64,000 nt of DNA from an uncultured delta proteobacterium (GTDB lineage: Bacteria > Desulfobacterota > Binatia > Binatales > Binataceae). The stretch lies in assembly GCA_963794325.1 (NCBI GenBank), contig CAWCDG010000004.1, positions 1,906,636 to 1,970,635 of the forward strand. Reading direction: 5' to 3'. Below the pieces are notes generated by a model, which was not told the origin of the DNA, did no database searches, and saw only the letters and a list, made by a program, of their open reading frames with translations. Below, in pieces: positions 48,211-56,603 of this stretch. How positions within the stretch are numbered: the first letter of the stretch is position 1; each line of letters begins with the position of its first letter. The position numbers and the translations under genes are program-made.

Positions 48211-49125
48211 ATGTTCCGAGCAATTACGATCATGGTGGCGTTTTGCGGGATGACTTCCCTCGCATATGCGTCCGAGGTTGCTCTGCGGCAATCAAGGCTC
48301 AGTTCATCGAACTGGTCTCTTAACGCGTCACCCAATCTAGCGAAGAATTCGCCTCCCCGTAAGGCCGTCGAAGACTTCATTTTTTCTTTTCAGTCACCAA
48401 GCGACGCGGAACTCTCAAAAGAAGCTGGGGTCTATGTCTGCTCATTTCGCTTTGCAGACCTTAGGCACGACGGTCTCCTATCACTGGCATTCTCAACAGG
48501 TATCATTGATCGCCCTTCCTGCCGCGGAATGAGCATTATAGATAAAACCCCGTCCGGCTTCGAATCCTTCGGCGCGAGTGGAGAGATCGGTACGGACGTG
48601 ACCGCCGCAATTCAGGACCTGCGTCATGACGGGCATCTTGAAATTCTTTTGCCCTATGGTCTAGCGACATTTCAGCAAACGTGTGCTGCGAACTGGACAT
48701 CAATCTACGCGTGGACCGGTGTCAATTACACAAACGTGAGCGATCAGTTCAGGGACTTCTATCAGCGCAGGCTCGATCAGCTCGATCAGATCATTTCGGC
48801 TCTTGGTCCCACTGAGGACAAGAGCGGATATAGTTTGAGCGACGAGGAGTGCCTTGAGGCCGAAGCATCAGCGATCAAAAGATTTCTGGGCGTATCGCCG
48901 GATGCGGGGATCGAACAGGCGATACGCTTATCAAACAGCAAAGACCGCTTAGCGCGCGAGTTTGGTGTCGTGCTACTGATCAAAATCGGCACAGCCTCAG
49001 CGCGTGAGCAGCTTCAGCGGCTGTCCAACGACGCTGATTGGGCCGTTAGGACCGAAGCGAAGAACGGACTTTCAATGCCGGTCAAGTTCAAGTTCGCTCC
49101 AGCTTCTTTTCGGAAGGGCGACTGA
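48211..49125 (+). CDS. hypothetical secreted protein (FG-GAP-like N-part, HEAT-like C-terminal repeats), AT-richer than neighbours
   Basis: 304 aa. Signal peptide MFRAITIMVAFCGMTSLAYA. ..DLRHDGLLSL.. and ..DLRHDGHLEILL.. motifs. C-terminal ..LSNDADWAVRTEA.. The domain assignments are tentative. Confidence 0.55.
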   Translation: MFRAITIMVAFCGMTSLAYASEVALRQSRLSSSNWSLNASPNLAKNSPPRKAVEDFIFSFQSPSDAELSKEAGVYVCSFRFADLRHDGLLSLAFSTGIIDRPSCRGMSIIDKTPSGFESFGASGEIGTDVTAAIQDLRHDGHLEILLPYGLATFQQTCAANWTSIYAWTGVNYTNVSDQFRDFYQRRLDQLDQIISALGPTEDKSGYSLSDEECLEAEASAIKRFLGVSPDAGIEQAIRLSNSKDRLAREFGVVLLIKIGTASAREQLQRLSNDADWAVRTEAKNGLSMPVKFKFAPASFRKGD

Positions 49126-49390
49126 ATGGTTTCGATACCGACCCTTCGATCATCATCTTCAAGTAGACGTGATAGTTCAGCAGATTGACTAGGTCTTGCA
49201 CCGAGATCTCCGGATCGAATTCCCTCGCTAGTATCTCCGCGTCCGTCCGCTTAATCCAGATTGGCGTGAAATCGCGGTTGATGCTTGGATAATAAGTGGG
49301 TGCGAGTTTGTCGGGAATTGCAAGTATGGTGCCGGACCATCGCTCGGTTTACTTGAAAAAAGGCGCTTGATACCGTGAATTTCGGAGAGA

Positions 49391-49996
49391 TTGAACTTGA
49401 GTCCCAGGCGAATTGCTAAGGCTTTGGCCGGTTTCGGCGCGGTGGCATTGATTGTGCTGCTGGTCGCGACCATTTGGATCGTGCGCCATCGCTCGGCCAC
49501 TCAAGTACTGCAGACCGCAGCCGGGCTGGTCCCCGGGACCCTCCTTCGCGCACACAATTTTCACTGGACGCAAATGAAGGCGGGCGAGCGGCAATGGGTG
49601 CTGACTGCGGGCGAGGCGGATTACTCGGCGGACAAGACCATGCTGAAGCTGACCGACGCGGTTGTCACGATGGTTTCGTCGGATGGCAAACCGGTCGTCG
49701 TCAACGCGCCGCATGCGGATCTCACGATGAACGGAAATCATGTGTCGAAGGCGTACCTCACCGGCGGCACGGTCATCCATTTCGGCGACTACATTCTCAG
49801 CACCGATTCCGCGACCTTTATGCCCGATGACGACAAGGTCGAAGCGCCGGGCCTGGTGACGGTGATTGGCGACGGGCTCAAGGTGACCGGAGTGGGACTC
49901 AGCGGGCATCCCAAGACGCGCGTGTTCGAGCTTCATACGCAAGTTCAGACTGAGGTTACGCCGAAGAAAGATAGTGAAAAATCGAAACAAAGTTAG
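49391..49996 (+). CDS. lptC: LPS export system protein LptC
   Basis: 201 aa. An N-terminal membrane anchor (FGAVALIVLLVATIWIV), then a beta-jellyroll-like sequence in the LptC position upstream of lptA. TTG start. Confidence 0.7.
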   Translation: MNLSPRRIAKALAGFGAVALIVLLVATIWIVRHRSATQVLQTAAGLVPGTLLRAHNFHWTQMKAGERQWVLTAGEADYSADKTMLKLTDAVVTMVSSDGKPVVVNAPHADLTMNGNHVSKAYLTGGTVIHFGDYILSTDSATFMPDDDKVEAPGLVTVIGDGLKVTGVGLSGHPKTRVFELHTQVQTEVTPKKDSEKSKQS

Positions 49997-51260
49997 CTTC
50001 GCAGCGCATATCGTTGCGACTGCCCTAGTCGGACTCGCGATCGCATTACCGGCATGGGCGCAAGATGGTGCCGTCGCGCCGGCGGTCGGCGATTCGATTC
50101 GCAACACACCGGCAAATTCGGCGCCGCCGTCCGCGTCAGCTCCGCAGCCGGCTGCCACAGATGAGCCAGGCGAGGATTCGATCAGCGTGACGGGAGGAGT
50201 GCCGGGCGCGCCAGCGTCGGCGCCGTCGGGGGACACGACGCAGGCGCAACCTGCGGTTGCGACTGCTCCCGCTCCGGCAGAGGAGGCGCCAGCGGCGCCC
50301 GCCGTCGCGACAGCGCCTGCTCCGGCGCCGGAAGTTCCGGTGACTGCCGCAGACGTCGCGCCTGCGGCCGCGCCGTCCACGGCAGTCGCGCCGATAGCGC
50401 CGCTGCCTTCGGCACCGGCGCCGCCAGCAGTCGCGGTCGCGCCTGCTCCCGCACCAGTGTCGGCACCCGACGTGCCGGTGACTGCGGCTGACGCAGCGCC
50501 TGCGGCAGCGCCTTCAATTGCTACCACCACAACGACCGCTCCTGCCGCGACGGTGCCCGATTCAACTCCGGTGACGACGGCCGCAACCGTTCCGCCCGGC
50601 GGGATCGCTCCACCGATGGTGCTTGCGCCGGTACCGGCTGACAGTGCCAATCCCGAACCTCCGGCAGCGCCGCCCGCATCGACGTCGCCAGAAGTTGTCA
50701 GCGCTCCGACCGAGACTGCCGCCACGCACAAGGCGCATAAGGGAGCGTCCGGTGCGGCGGGCGGCAATACCGCAGTCGCATCGAATTCGCCCAATCAAGG
50801 CGCTTTTGGCGGAATGCAATTCGGCAACAGCAAGGCGCCGATCGACATCAAGTCGAAATCGATGTCGCTCGACTACACGAATCATTCAGTGCTGTGGACC
50901 GGGGACGTGCACGCTAATCAGGGGGACTCGAAACTTACCAGCGATCGGCTGCGGGTCAACTATTTCGACAAAGATTTCAAACAAATGAAGGACATGGTTG
51001 CGGACGGGAACGTTCGCCTGAGCCAGGGCACTCGATGGGCCACTGGCCAGCATGGCGTGATGGACCAGACCAGGCGCACCGTGGTTTTGACCGGCAGTCC
51101 CGTCGCGCACGACGGCAACGATCAAATTACCGGCTGCAAGATCACGGTGTATCTGAACACCAGCCAGAGCGTGGTCGATTGCGCTCATGCGGTGCTTTTC
51201 CCTCATACGGAGGCTTCGCCGGGCGCCAGCCCGGAGCCGGGGGCAACGGCGGAACAGTAG
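49974..51260 (+). CDS. lptA: LptA/OstA-N-domain protein with ~250-aa Ala/Pro-rich N-terminal extension
   Basis: Signal peptide (..ALVGLAIALPAWAQD). Low-complexity PAPA region (~50065-50830). C-terminal ~140-aa OstA-like domain (..PIDIKSKSMSLDYTNHSVLWTGDVHANQGDSKLTSDRLRVNY..VADGNVRL..VVLTGSPVAHDGNDQITGCKITVYL..). Confidence 0.75.
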   Translation: MKNRNKVSFAAHIVATALVGLAIALPAWAQDGAVAPAVGDSIRNTPANSAPPSASAPQPAATDEPGEDSISVTGGVPGAPASAPSGDTTQAQPAVATAPAPAEEAPAAPAVATAPAPAPEVPVTAADVAPAAAPSTAVAPIAPLPSAPAPPAVAVAPAPAPVSAPDVPVTAADAAPAAAPSIATTTTTAPAATVPDSTPVTTAATVPPGGIAPPMVLAPVPADSANPEPPAAPPASTSPEVVSAPTETAATHKAHKGASGAAGGNTAVASNSPNQGAFGGMQFGNSKAPIDIKSKSMSLDYTNHSVLWTGDVHANQGDSKLTSDRLRVNYFDKDFKQMKDMVADGNVRLSQGTRWATGQHGVMDQTRRTVVLTGSPVAHDGNDQITGCKITVYLNTSQSVVDCAHAVLFPHTEASPGASPEPGATAEQ

Positions 51261-51271
51261 GCAACTCTGCG

Positions 51272-52837
51272 ATGGCCTTGGAAGTAAAGCTCGGACAGGA
51301 TCTGCGGCTTCGCCAGCAACTGGTGATGACGCCGCAGTTGCAGCAGGCGATCAAGATACTGCAACTTTCGCTCCCCGAACTGGAAGCGATCGTGCAATCG
51401 GAACTCGAGCAGAATCCGATGCTCGAGCCGCTCGATCAAAGTCCCGCGGAAGCCGCTTCCGAATCCGAGATGTCGGAACCGGAGGCCGCCGCCCAGGCGG
51501 ACGGCGAGCCGCTCCCGCCCGAAGGAGATGCGCTCAACGGCGCGAACTCCGACGACGATTGGGAGACTGGATCGCGGGAGGAAAAAACCGCGCCTACCGT
51601 CGAGGTCGAAGCGCGCGACGCCGCCCTCGAGATCAAGGAACTCAACAATCTGGAAAAGCTCGACTGGCGCGAGTATCTGGAGACCTACTCGAACAACTGG
51701 CAGGAAAGCGCGCCGAACGACAACGACGACGACCATCGCAGCGCGCTGGAGAACACGCCGCTGCGCCGCAGTTCGCTCGAAGACCACATGATGTGGCAGC
51801 TCAGGATGTCGAATCTGCCCGAGTCCGACCAGCCGATCGGCGCGACCATCATCTACAATCTCAACGAAGACGGATATCTCGAAACTCCGGTCGAGGAATT
51901 GGCCGCGCAGCTCGAAGTTGCGCCGGCCGAAGTCGAGCGCGTTCTCGCGCGGGTGCAGCGCTTCGATCCGCCGGGCGTCGCGGCGCGCGATCTTCGCGAA
52001 TGCCTGCTCGCGCAGTTGCAGAATCTCGGGATGGAAGAATCGCTGGCGGCGCGAATCATCAGCAACCATCTGGACCTGCTCGAGAAGCATCGCTACGCGG
52101 AGATCGCCAAGGTGCTCAGCGTGCCGGTCGATACCGTCGGGCAGGCGGCCAAGGTAATCTCGCTGCTCGAGCCCAAACCGGGACGCGATTACGGCGGCGA
52201 CGAGCCGACCTACGTGGTGCCCGACGTTTATATCCACAAGGTCGGCGAGGATTACGTCGTCACGCTGAATCGCGATGCGGTCCCGCGCCTGCGCCTGGCG
52301 GGTTACTACCAGCGCGTGCTCAACGACGTCGATGTCGCACCGGAGACTCGCGAGTATCTGCAGGAGCGGCTGCGCTCGGCGCGATGGCTGGTGAAATCGA
52401 TCTACCAGCGCCAGCAGACGATCTTCAAAGTCGCGACCTCGATCGTCAAGTTCCAGCGCGCGTTTTTCGATCACGGCATCAGCCTGCTGAAACCGCTGGT
52501 GCTCAAGGACGTCGCGGAAGATATCGGGATGCATGAATCGACGATCAGCCGCGCGACCGCCAACAAGTACGCGCATACACCGCAAGGAATTTACGAGCTG
52601 AAATTTTTCTTCACCTCGGGCGTCAAGGGCGCCGGCGGCGAAGACGTGAGCGCCGAAACCGTCAAGGAACAGATCCGCGGGATGGTGACGTCGGAAACCC
52701 CGCAGAATCCGCTGTCGGATCAGGCGATCGCGGAAATGCTGCGCGCGAAGCAGATCCATATCGCGCGGCGCACGGTAGCCAAGTATCGGCAGGCGATGGG
52801 AATCCCGCCGTCGGCAAATCGCAAACAGATCGGATGA
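51272..52837 (+). CDS. rpoN: RNA polymerase sigma-54 factor
   Basis: MALEVKLGQDLRLRQQLVMTPQLQQAIKILQLSLPELE.. with the C-terminal RpoN box ..ARRTVAKYRQAMGIP.. Start at ATG 51272 inside the longer track ORF. Confidence 0.95.
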   Translation: MALEVKLGQDLRLRQQLVMTPQLQQAIKILQLSLPELEAIVQSELEQNPMLEPLDQSPAEAASESEMSEPEAAAQADGEPLPPEGDALNGANSDDDWETGSREEKTAPTVEVEARDAALEIKELNNLEKLDWREYLETYSNNWQESAPNDNDDDHRSALENTPLRRSSLEDHMMWQLRMSNLPESDQPIGATIIYNLNEDGYLETPVEELAAQLEVAPAEVERVLARVQRFDPPGVAARDLRECLLAQLQNLGMEESLAARIISNHLDLLEKHRYAEIAKVLSVPVDTVGQAAKVISLLEPKPGRDYGGDEPTYVVPDVYIHKVGEDYVVTLNRDAVPRLRLAGYYQRVLNDVDVAPETREYLQERLRSARWLVKSIYQRQQTIFKVATSIVKFQRAFFDHGISLLKPLVLKDVAEDIGMHESTISRATANKYAHTPQGIYELKFFFTSGVKGAGGEDVSAETVKEQIRGMVTSETPQNPLSDQAIAEMLRAKQIHIARRTVAKYRQAMGIPPSANRKQIG

Positions 52838-53286
52838 CGGGGGCGGGTGACCAAAAAGTGAAAAGTAAAATCGAGAAGCGGGGCAAGCGCGGTCGCGCGA
52901 CGATTCGCAAGGTGCGCCGCGCGGAGCGGATCGCAAACGTGCCGATAACCGAGGTGACAGTGACCTTTCGGCACGTCGAGCCAACCGACGCAATCAGGAT
53001 TTACGCGGAACGAAAATTCGCGCACCTCGGCCGGTTGATCAAACGGACCTGCCAGGCCCACCTGATCCTCACGGTTGATAAATATCGGCAGCACGGCGAA
53101 GTTACCGTCAAATCAGGGCGCATGTCGGTGACCGCGGAAGAAGAAACCAAGGATCTTTACTCGGTGATCGATCTGCTCACGGACAAGGTCGGACGCCAAC
53201 TGAAAAAGCATCTGGAAAAATTCAAGGCGAAAAAAGTCAGATCGCTCTCGACCGGCGAGGTCTTGAGCGCCACCGAGGAAACCTGA
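52834..53286 (+). CDS. hpf: ribosome hibernation promoting factor / sigma-54 modulation protein
   Basis: ..VTFRHVEPTDAIRIYAERKFAHLGRL..AHLILTVDKYRQHGEVTV..EEETKDLYSVIDLLTDKVGRQLKKH.. The start is ambiguous. ATG 52834 overlaps the rpoN stop (ATGA) and adds a 35-aa K/R-rich extension; GTG 52939 gives a canonical-length protein. Confidence 0.8.
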   Translation: MTGAGDQKVKSKIEKRGKRGRATIRKVRRAERIANVPITEVTVTFRHVEPTDAIRIYAERKFAHLGRLIKRTCQAHLILTVDKYRQHGEVTVKSGRMSVTAEEETKDLYSVIDLLTDKVGRQLKKHLEKFKAKKVRSLSTGEVLSATEET

Positions 53287-53364
53287 TTGTTGTGCTTCGT
53301 GGCTTCGTGGCCGCAAGTTCGCCAATCCTCGCATCTCAAATTAAATAGGGCGTATAACGACTAG

Positions 53365-53826
53365 ATGAAAATTACCGATATTCTGAGCTCTGACATGGTC
53401 GTGGCCGACCTGAAGGGCACCACCAAGCCAGACATCCTGAATGAACTCGCGAAGGCGCTGGCCGCAAAATACAAAGAGATCAAGCTAAGTGAACTGACCG
53501 CCGTGCTCGCCGAGCGCGAACGGCTGGGCTCGACCGCAATCGGCGACGGGATCGCAATTCCGCACGGCAAGTTGCGCGGCGTCACGAAAATAATCGGAGC
53601 GTTCGGGCGTCATGCGGTGGGAGTTGATTTCGATTCGCTCGATGGCGGTCCATCGCAGTTATTTTTCGTGCTGGTCGCGCCGGAGGATTCAGCCAGCCTT
53701 CATCTGAAAGCGCTCGCGCGCGTCTCCCGATTGCTTAAGGAAGGATCTTTTCGCAGCCGCCTGCTCGCCGCTAAAGACGCCACCGAGCTTTATTCACTGA
53801 TCAAGGAAGAAGACAACAAGTACTGA
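53365..53826 (+). CDS. ptsN: PTS IIA-like nitrogen regulatory protein PtsN (EIIA-Ntr)
   Basis: MKITDILSSDMVVADLKGTTKPDILNEL..LGSTAIGDGIAIPHGKL.. carries the phosphorylatable His. Confidence 0.9.
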   Translation: MKITDILSSDMVVADLKGTTKPDILNELAKALAAKYKEIKLSELTAVLAERERLGSTAIGDGIAIPHGKLRGVTKIIGAFGRHAVGVDFDSLDGGPSQLFFVLVAPEDSASLHLKALARVSRLLKEGSFRSRLLAAKDATELYSLIKEEDNKY

Positions 53827-53837
53827 GACGGCCCGCG

Positions 53838-54714
53838 ATGAGCTCGCCTCAGCCACCTCGCCTGATAATCGTCACCGGTGTCTCAGGTTCGGGACGCGCG
53901 TCGGCGATGCGCGTGCTCGAGGATCTCGGCTTCTACTGCGTTGACAATCTTCCAGTCGCGCTGGCGCGAAATGTGGCGATGCTTGCGGCGGAGCGCGATC
54001 CCGCGCTCAAGGGCGTCGCGCTCGGAGTCGATTCGCGCGAGCGGCTGTTCTTTCCAGAGTGGCCCCGAATATTTGCGGAACTCGATGCCGACGGAATTCA
54101 TCCTGAAGTGATCTTCCTCGACAGCCTCCGACGACGTGCTCGCGCGGCGCTACTCCGAGAGCCGCCGGCCGCATCCGATGGCCGCGAGCGGTGCGAGCGT
54201 CGCCGAAAGCATTCGCGCCGAGCGCCTCGCATTGGCCGAGATGCGCGAGCGGGCGAATCGCGTGATCGACACCACCACGCTCACCGTCCACGAATTGCGC
54301 GAAGTCGTAACGGCGGCCGTACTCGGCGCAAGCGCGGGATCGCGGATGTCGGTGTCGGTCGTTTCGTTCGGCTACAAGTACGGTTTGCCGGTCGGGATGG
54401 ACGTCGTGCTCGACGTTCGGTTCATCCCGAATCCGTTTTTCGTCCCCGAGCTGCGGCCACTCACCGGTACCGACCCGCGCGTGCACGAGTACGTGATGGC
54501 GCAGCCGGAATCGCGGAGCTTCATCGACGAAGTCGGGCGCCTGCTCGATTTCCTGATTCCGCTCTATCAGCGCGAGGGCAAGAGCTACCTGACTGTAGGT
54601 CTCGGATGCACCGGCGGACGCCATCGCTCGCCGGTACTGGCGCGCGAACTGATGAAGCGTCTGGAGAGCAGCGGCTTCGCCAGCACCGTCCGCGACAACG
54701 ACATCGCGCGATAA
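53838..54714 (+). pseudogene. rapZ: RNase adapter protein RapZ (YhbJ) interrupted by a 1-nt insertion
   Basis: The N-terminal part is in the frame of 53838 (..LIIVTGVSGSGRASAMRVLEDLGFYCVDNLP..EVIFLD). The rest is in the frame of 54136..54714 (ASDDVLARRYSESRRPHPM..SFGYKYGLP..DVRFIPNPF..GCTGGRHRSP..). Removing one base near 54123 (GAC-A-GCC) restores ..VIFLDASDDVL.. Confidence 0.8.
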
Positions 54715-54758
54715 TCAAGCACTGCGCGTCATTCTGAGCGTCGCTCGCTTCGTCGCGC

Positions 54759-55559
54759 CTAATTCATGATGCTGCCGCAATCGACGTTCAACGTCTGACC
54801 GGTGATTCCAGCAGAAGTGTCGAGCGCGAGGAATAGCGCGACGCGCGCGACTTCCTCCTCCGTCGCCATTCTGTTCATTGCGGCCTGCGACAGGAACTGC
54901 CCGCGAATCTGCTCATACGGTTGTTTCAGCGCCTCGGCCCGAGCGCGCATCACCCGCTCGATCCGCTCGCCTTCGATCGCACCGGGGCAAATGCAGTTGC
55001 TTCGGATGCCACGCTGACCCCATTCGCCGGCGATGGTTTGTGTCAGCCCAATCATCGCCCACTTTGCCGCCGCGTACGGCGAGCGCATCGGATAGCCGCG
55101 CCGTCCCGCGCCCGACGAAATGTTGATGACGTTGCCGGATCGTTGCTTGTCCATCGTCGGCAGCACGGCGCGAGTCGCGAGCCAGGTCCCGGTCAGGTCG
55201 ATATCGAGAGTCTCCTGCCACTCGGCGAGCGACATGTCGGTGATCCGCTTGGTCGGTCCCGAGATGCCGGCATTGTTGACCAGAATGTCGATGCGTCCGA
55301 ATGCCTTAATCGTCTCGGCCGCCATCTTTGCGCAATCGGCTTCCTTGGAGACGTCGGTACTTACCTGAATCGCGCGCGCGCCGAGTCGCTCGAGTTCCGC
55401 GCAGGTCTGTTTCATCGGCTCGACCGAGCGCGCCGCGATTACGATCTTTGCGCCGGCCGCGCCGTACTTCAGCGCGATCTGTTTGCCGATTCCGTATCCG
55501 CCGCCGGTGATGATTGCGACTTTATCCGCGAGTTCGTTCATGGAGATGTCTTCCTTCAT
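54759..55559 (-). CDS. SDR-family oxidoreductase (FabG-like)
   Basis: ..KVAIITGGGYGIGK..NNAGI..SSGAG..YAAAKWA.. (TGxxxGxG and YxxxK motifs). Confidence 0.85.
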   Translation of the reverse strand: MKEDISMNELADKVAIITGGGYGIGKQIALKYGAAGAKIVIAARSVEPMKQTCAELERLGARAIQVSTDVSKEADCAKMAAETIKAFGRIDILVNNAGISGPTKRITDMSLAEWQETLDIDLTGTWLATRAVLPTMDKQRSGNVINISSGAGRRGYPMRSPYAAAKWAMIGLTQTIAGEWGQRGIRSNCICPGAIEGERIERVMRARAEALKQPYEQIRGQFLSQAAMNRMATEEEVARVALFLALDTSAGITGQTLNVDCGSIMN

Positions 55560-55730
55560 GTATTGTGAGTCGCTCGTTGCGCCGACTTTAGTAGCATCGC
55601 GATTCGCCTACAACGCGCGCGCAAAGCCTTGTCTTGCCGCGACTCCGCCCAATATCATTTAAAGATCGTGGCCGCGCCCAACCCAATCGGAAGCAAATCG
55701 GACAAGCCGGGCGCCAACGGCTCGCGGCTG

Positions 55731-56372
55731 ATGAACGTCGTCAAGCTCGCGATCATCGCGAGCATCGTGGTCGGCTCAATCTGGCTTATCGTCGAGCACT
55801 GGAATTGGATCAGCGATCCGGCGACGGTCAAAGCCGAGGTCATCACGTGGGGTGCATGGGGCCCGGTCGTCTACATGCTGCTGTACGCGGTGGGGCCGTC
55901 GTTCCTGGTGCCCGGCGCGGTGATGACGATAGCGGGCGGACTGGCGTTCGGCACCATATGGGGATCGGTGTACTCGCTGATCGGCGGCGACGTAGGCGCG
56001 ATAGTTGCGTTCGCGGCGGGAAGATTTCTCGGCAAGTCATTCGTCGAGCGAATCGTCGGCGAGCGATTCCAGGCGATGCTGCAGAGGATCGCGAAGCATG
56101 GCTTCCAGATAATCCTCTACCTGCGGATGGTCCCGGTGATTCCGTACAACGCGCTGAACCTGCTGGCCGGCGCGTCTCCGATCACGTTTTACGATTACTT
56201 CTGGGCGACGATGATCGGCATGATTCCGGGAACAATCCTGTATGCCTTTCTGGGCGACGCGCTATGGCATCCGCTGTCGCCGAAGTTTTTCCTCGCGCTG
56301 CTGCTGATCGGCGCGTCGATCGGATGCGGCGAAATCTACCGCCGCTGGTCGCGAGTCAAAATCGACGAGTAG
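55731..56372 (+). CDS. TVP38/TMEM64 (DedA-related) family membrane protein
   Basis: MNVVKLAIIASIVVGSIW..LLYAVGPSFLVPGAVMTIAGGLAFG..LRMVPVIPYNALNLLAGAS.. Start at ATG 55731. Confidence 0.8.
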   Translation: MNVVKLAIIASIVVGSIWLIVEHWNWISDPATVKAEVITWGAWGPVVYMLLYAVGPSFLVPGAVMTIAGGLAFGTIWGSVYSLIGGDVGAIVAFAAGRFLGKSFVERIVGERFQAMLQRIAKHGFQIILYLRMVPVIPYNALNLLAGASPITFYDYFWATMIGMIPGTILYAFLGDALWHPLSPKFFLALLLIGASIGCGEIYRRWSRVKIDE

Positions 56373-56603
56373 CTGGACTCACTGTCTTCCGTGCTATCCA
56401 TTTGTAGGTAGTCGGTACCACTCGTCCGCGCGTTGACCATGCGGGACGGCAATCGCATCAATGGAAACCAAACATCAACATCACCATCTGCCGGTAACGC
56501 TCGACAATGCTAGCGCGGCGGAAATGTCGACAGTCGAGCGGCTTAAGCAGTACCAGCGAAGGGACTTTTCTATGTCCACTCGACCCACGAGAGCCGGCAT
56601 ACG

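Noticed and set aside
49091-49348. 86-codon minus-strand open frame with protein-like composition.
   Set aside because: It has no ATG, GTG or TTG start near its 5' end and it overlaps the end of 48211..49125. I treated it only as a possible gene fragment within the AT-richer insert, not as a CDS.
49349-50794. 481-aa minus-strand ORF covering lptC/lptA.
   Set aside because: It is antisense to genes with clear LptC/LptA-type sequence. Its translation is low-complexity Ala/Gly/Thr mirroring the PAPA region. Long antisense ORFs are expected at this GC content.
51203-52993. 596-aa minus-strand ORF and the 449-aa + strand alternate-frame ORF (51187..52536) over rpoN.
   Set aside because: Both are Arg/Ala-rich with no recognisable motifs. 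The rpoN frame has unambiguous sigma-54 signatures, including the RpoN box.
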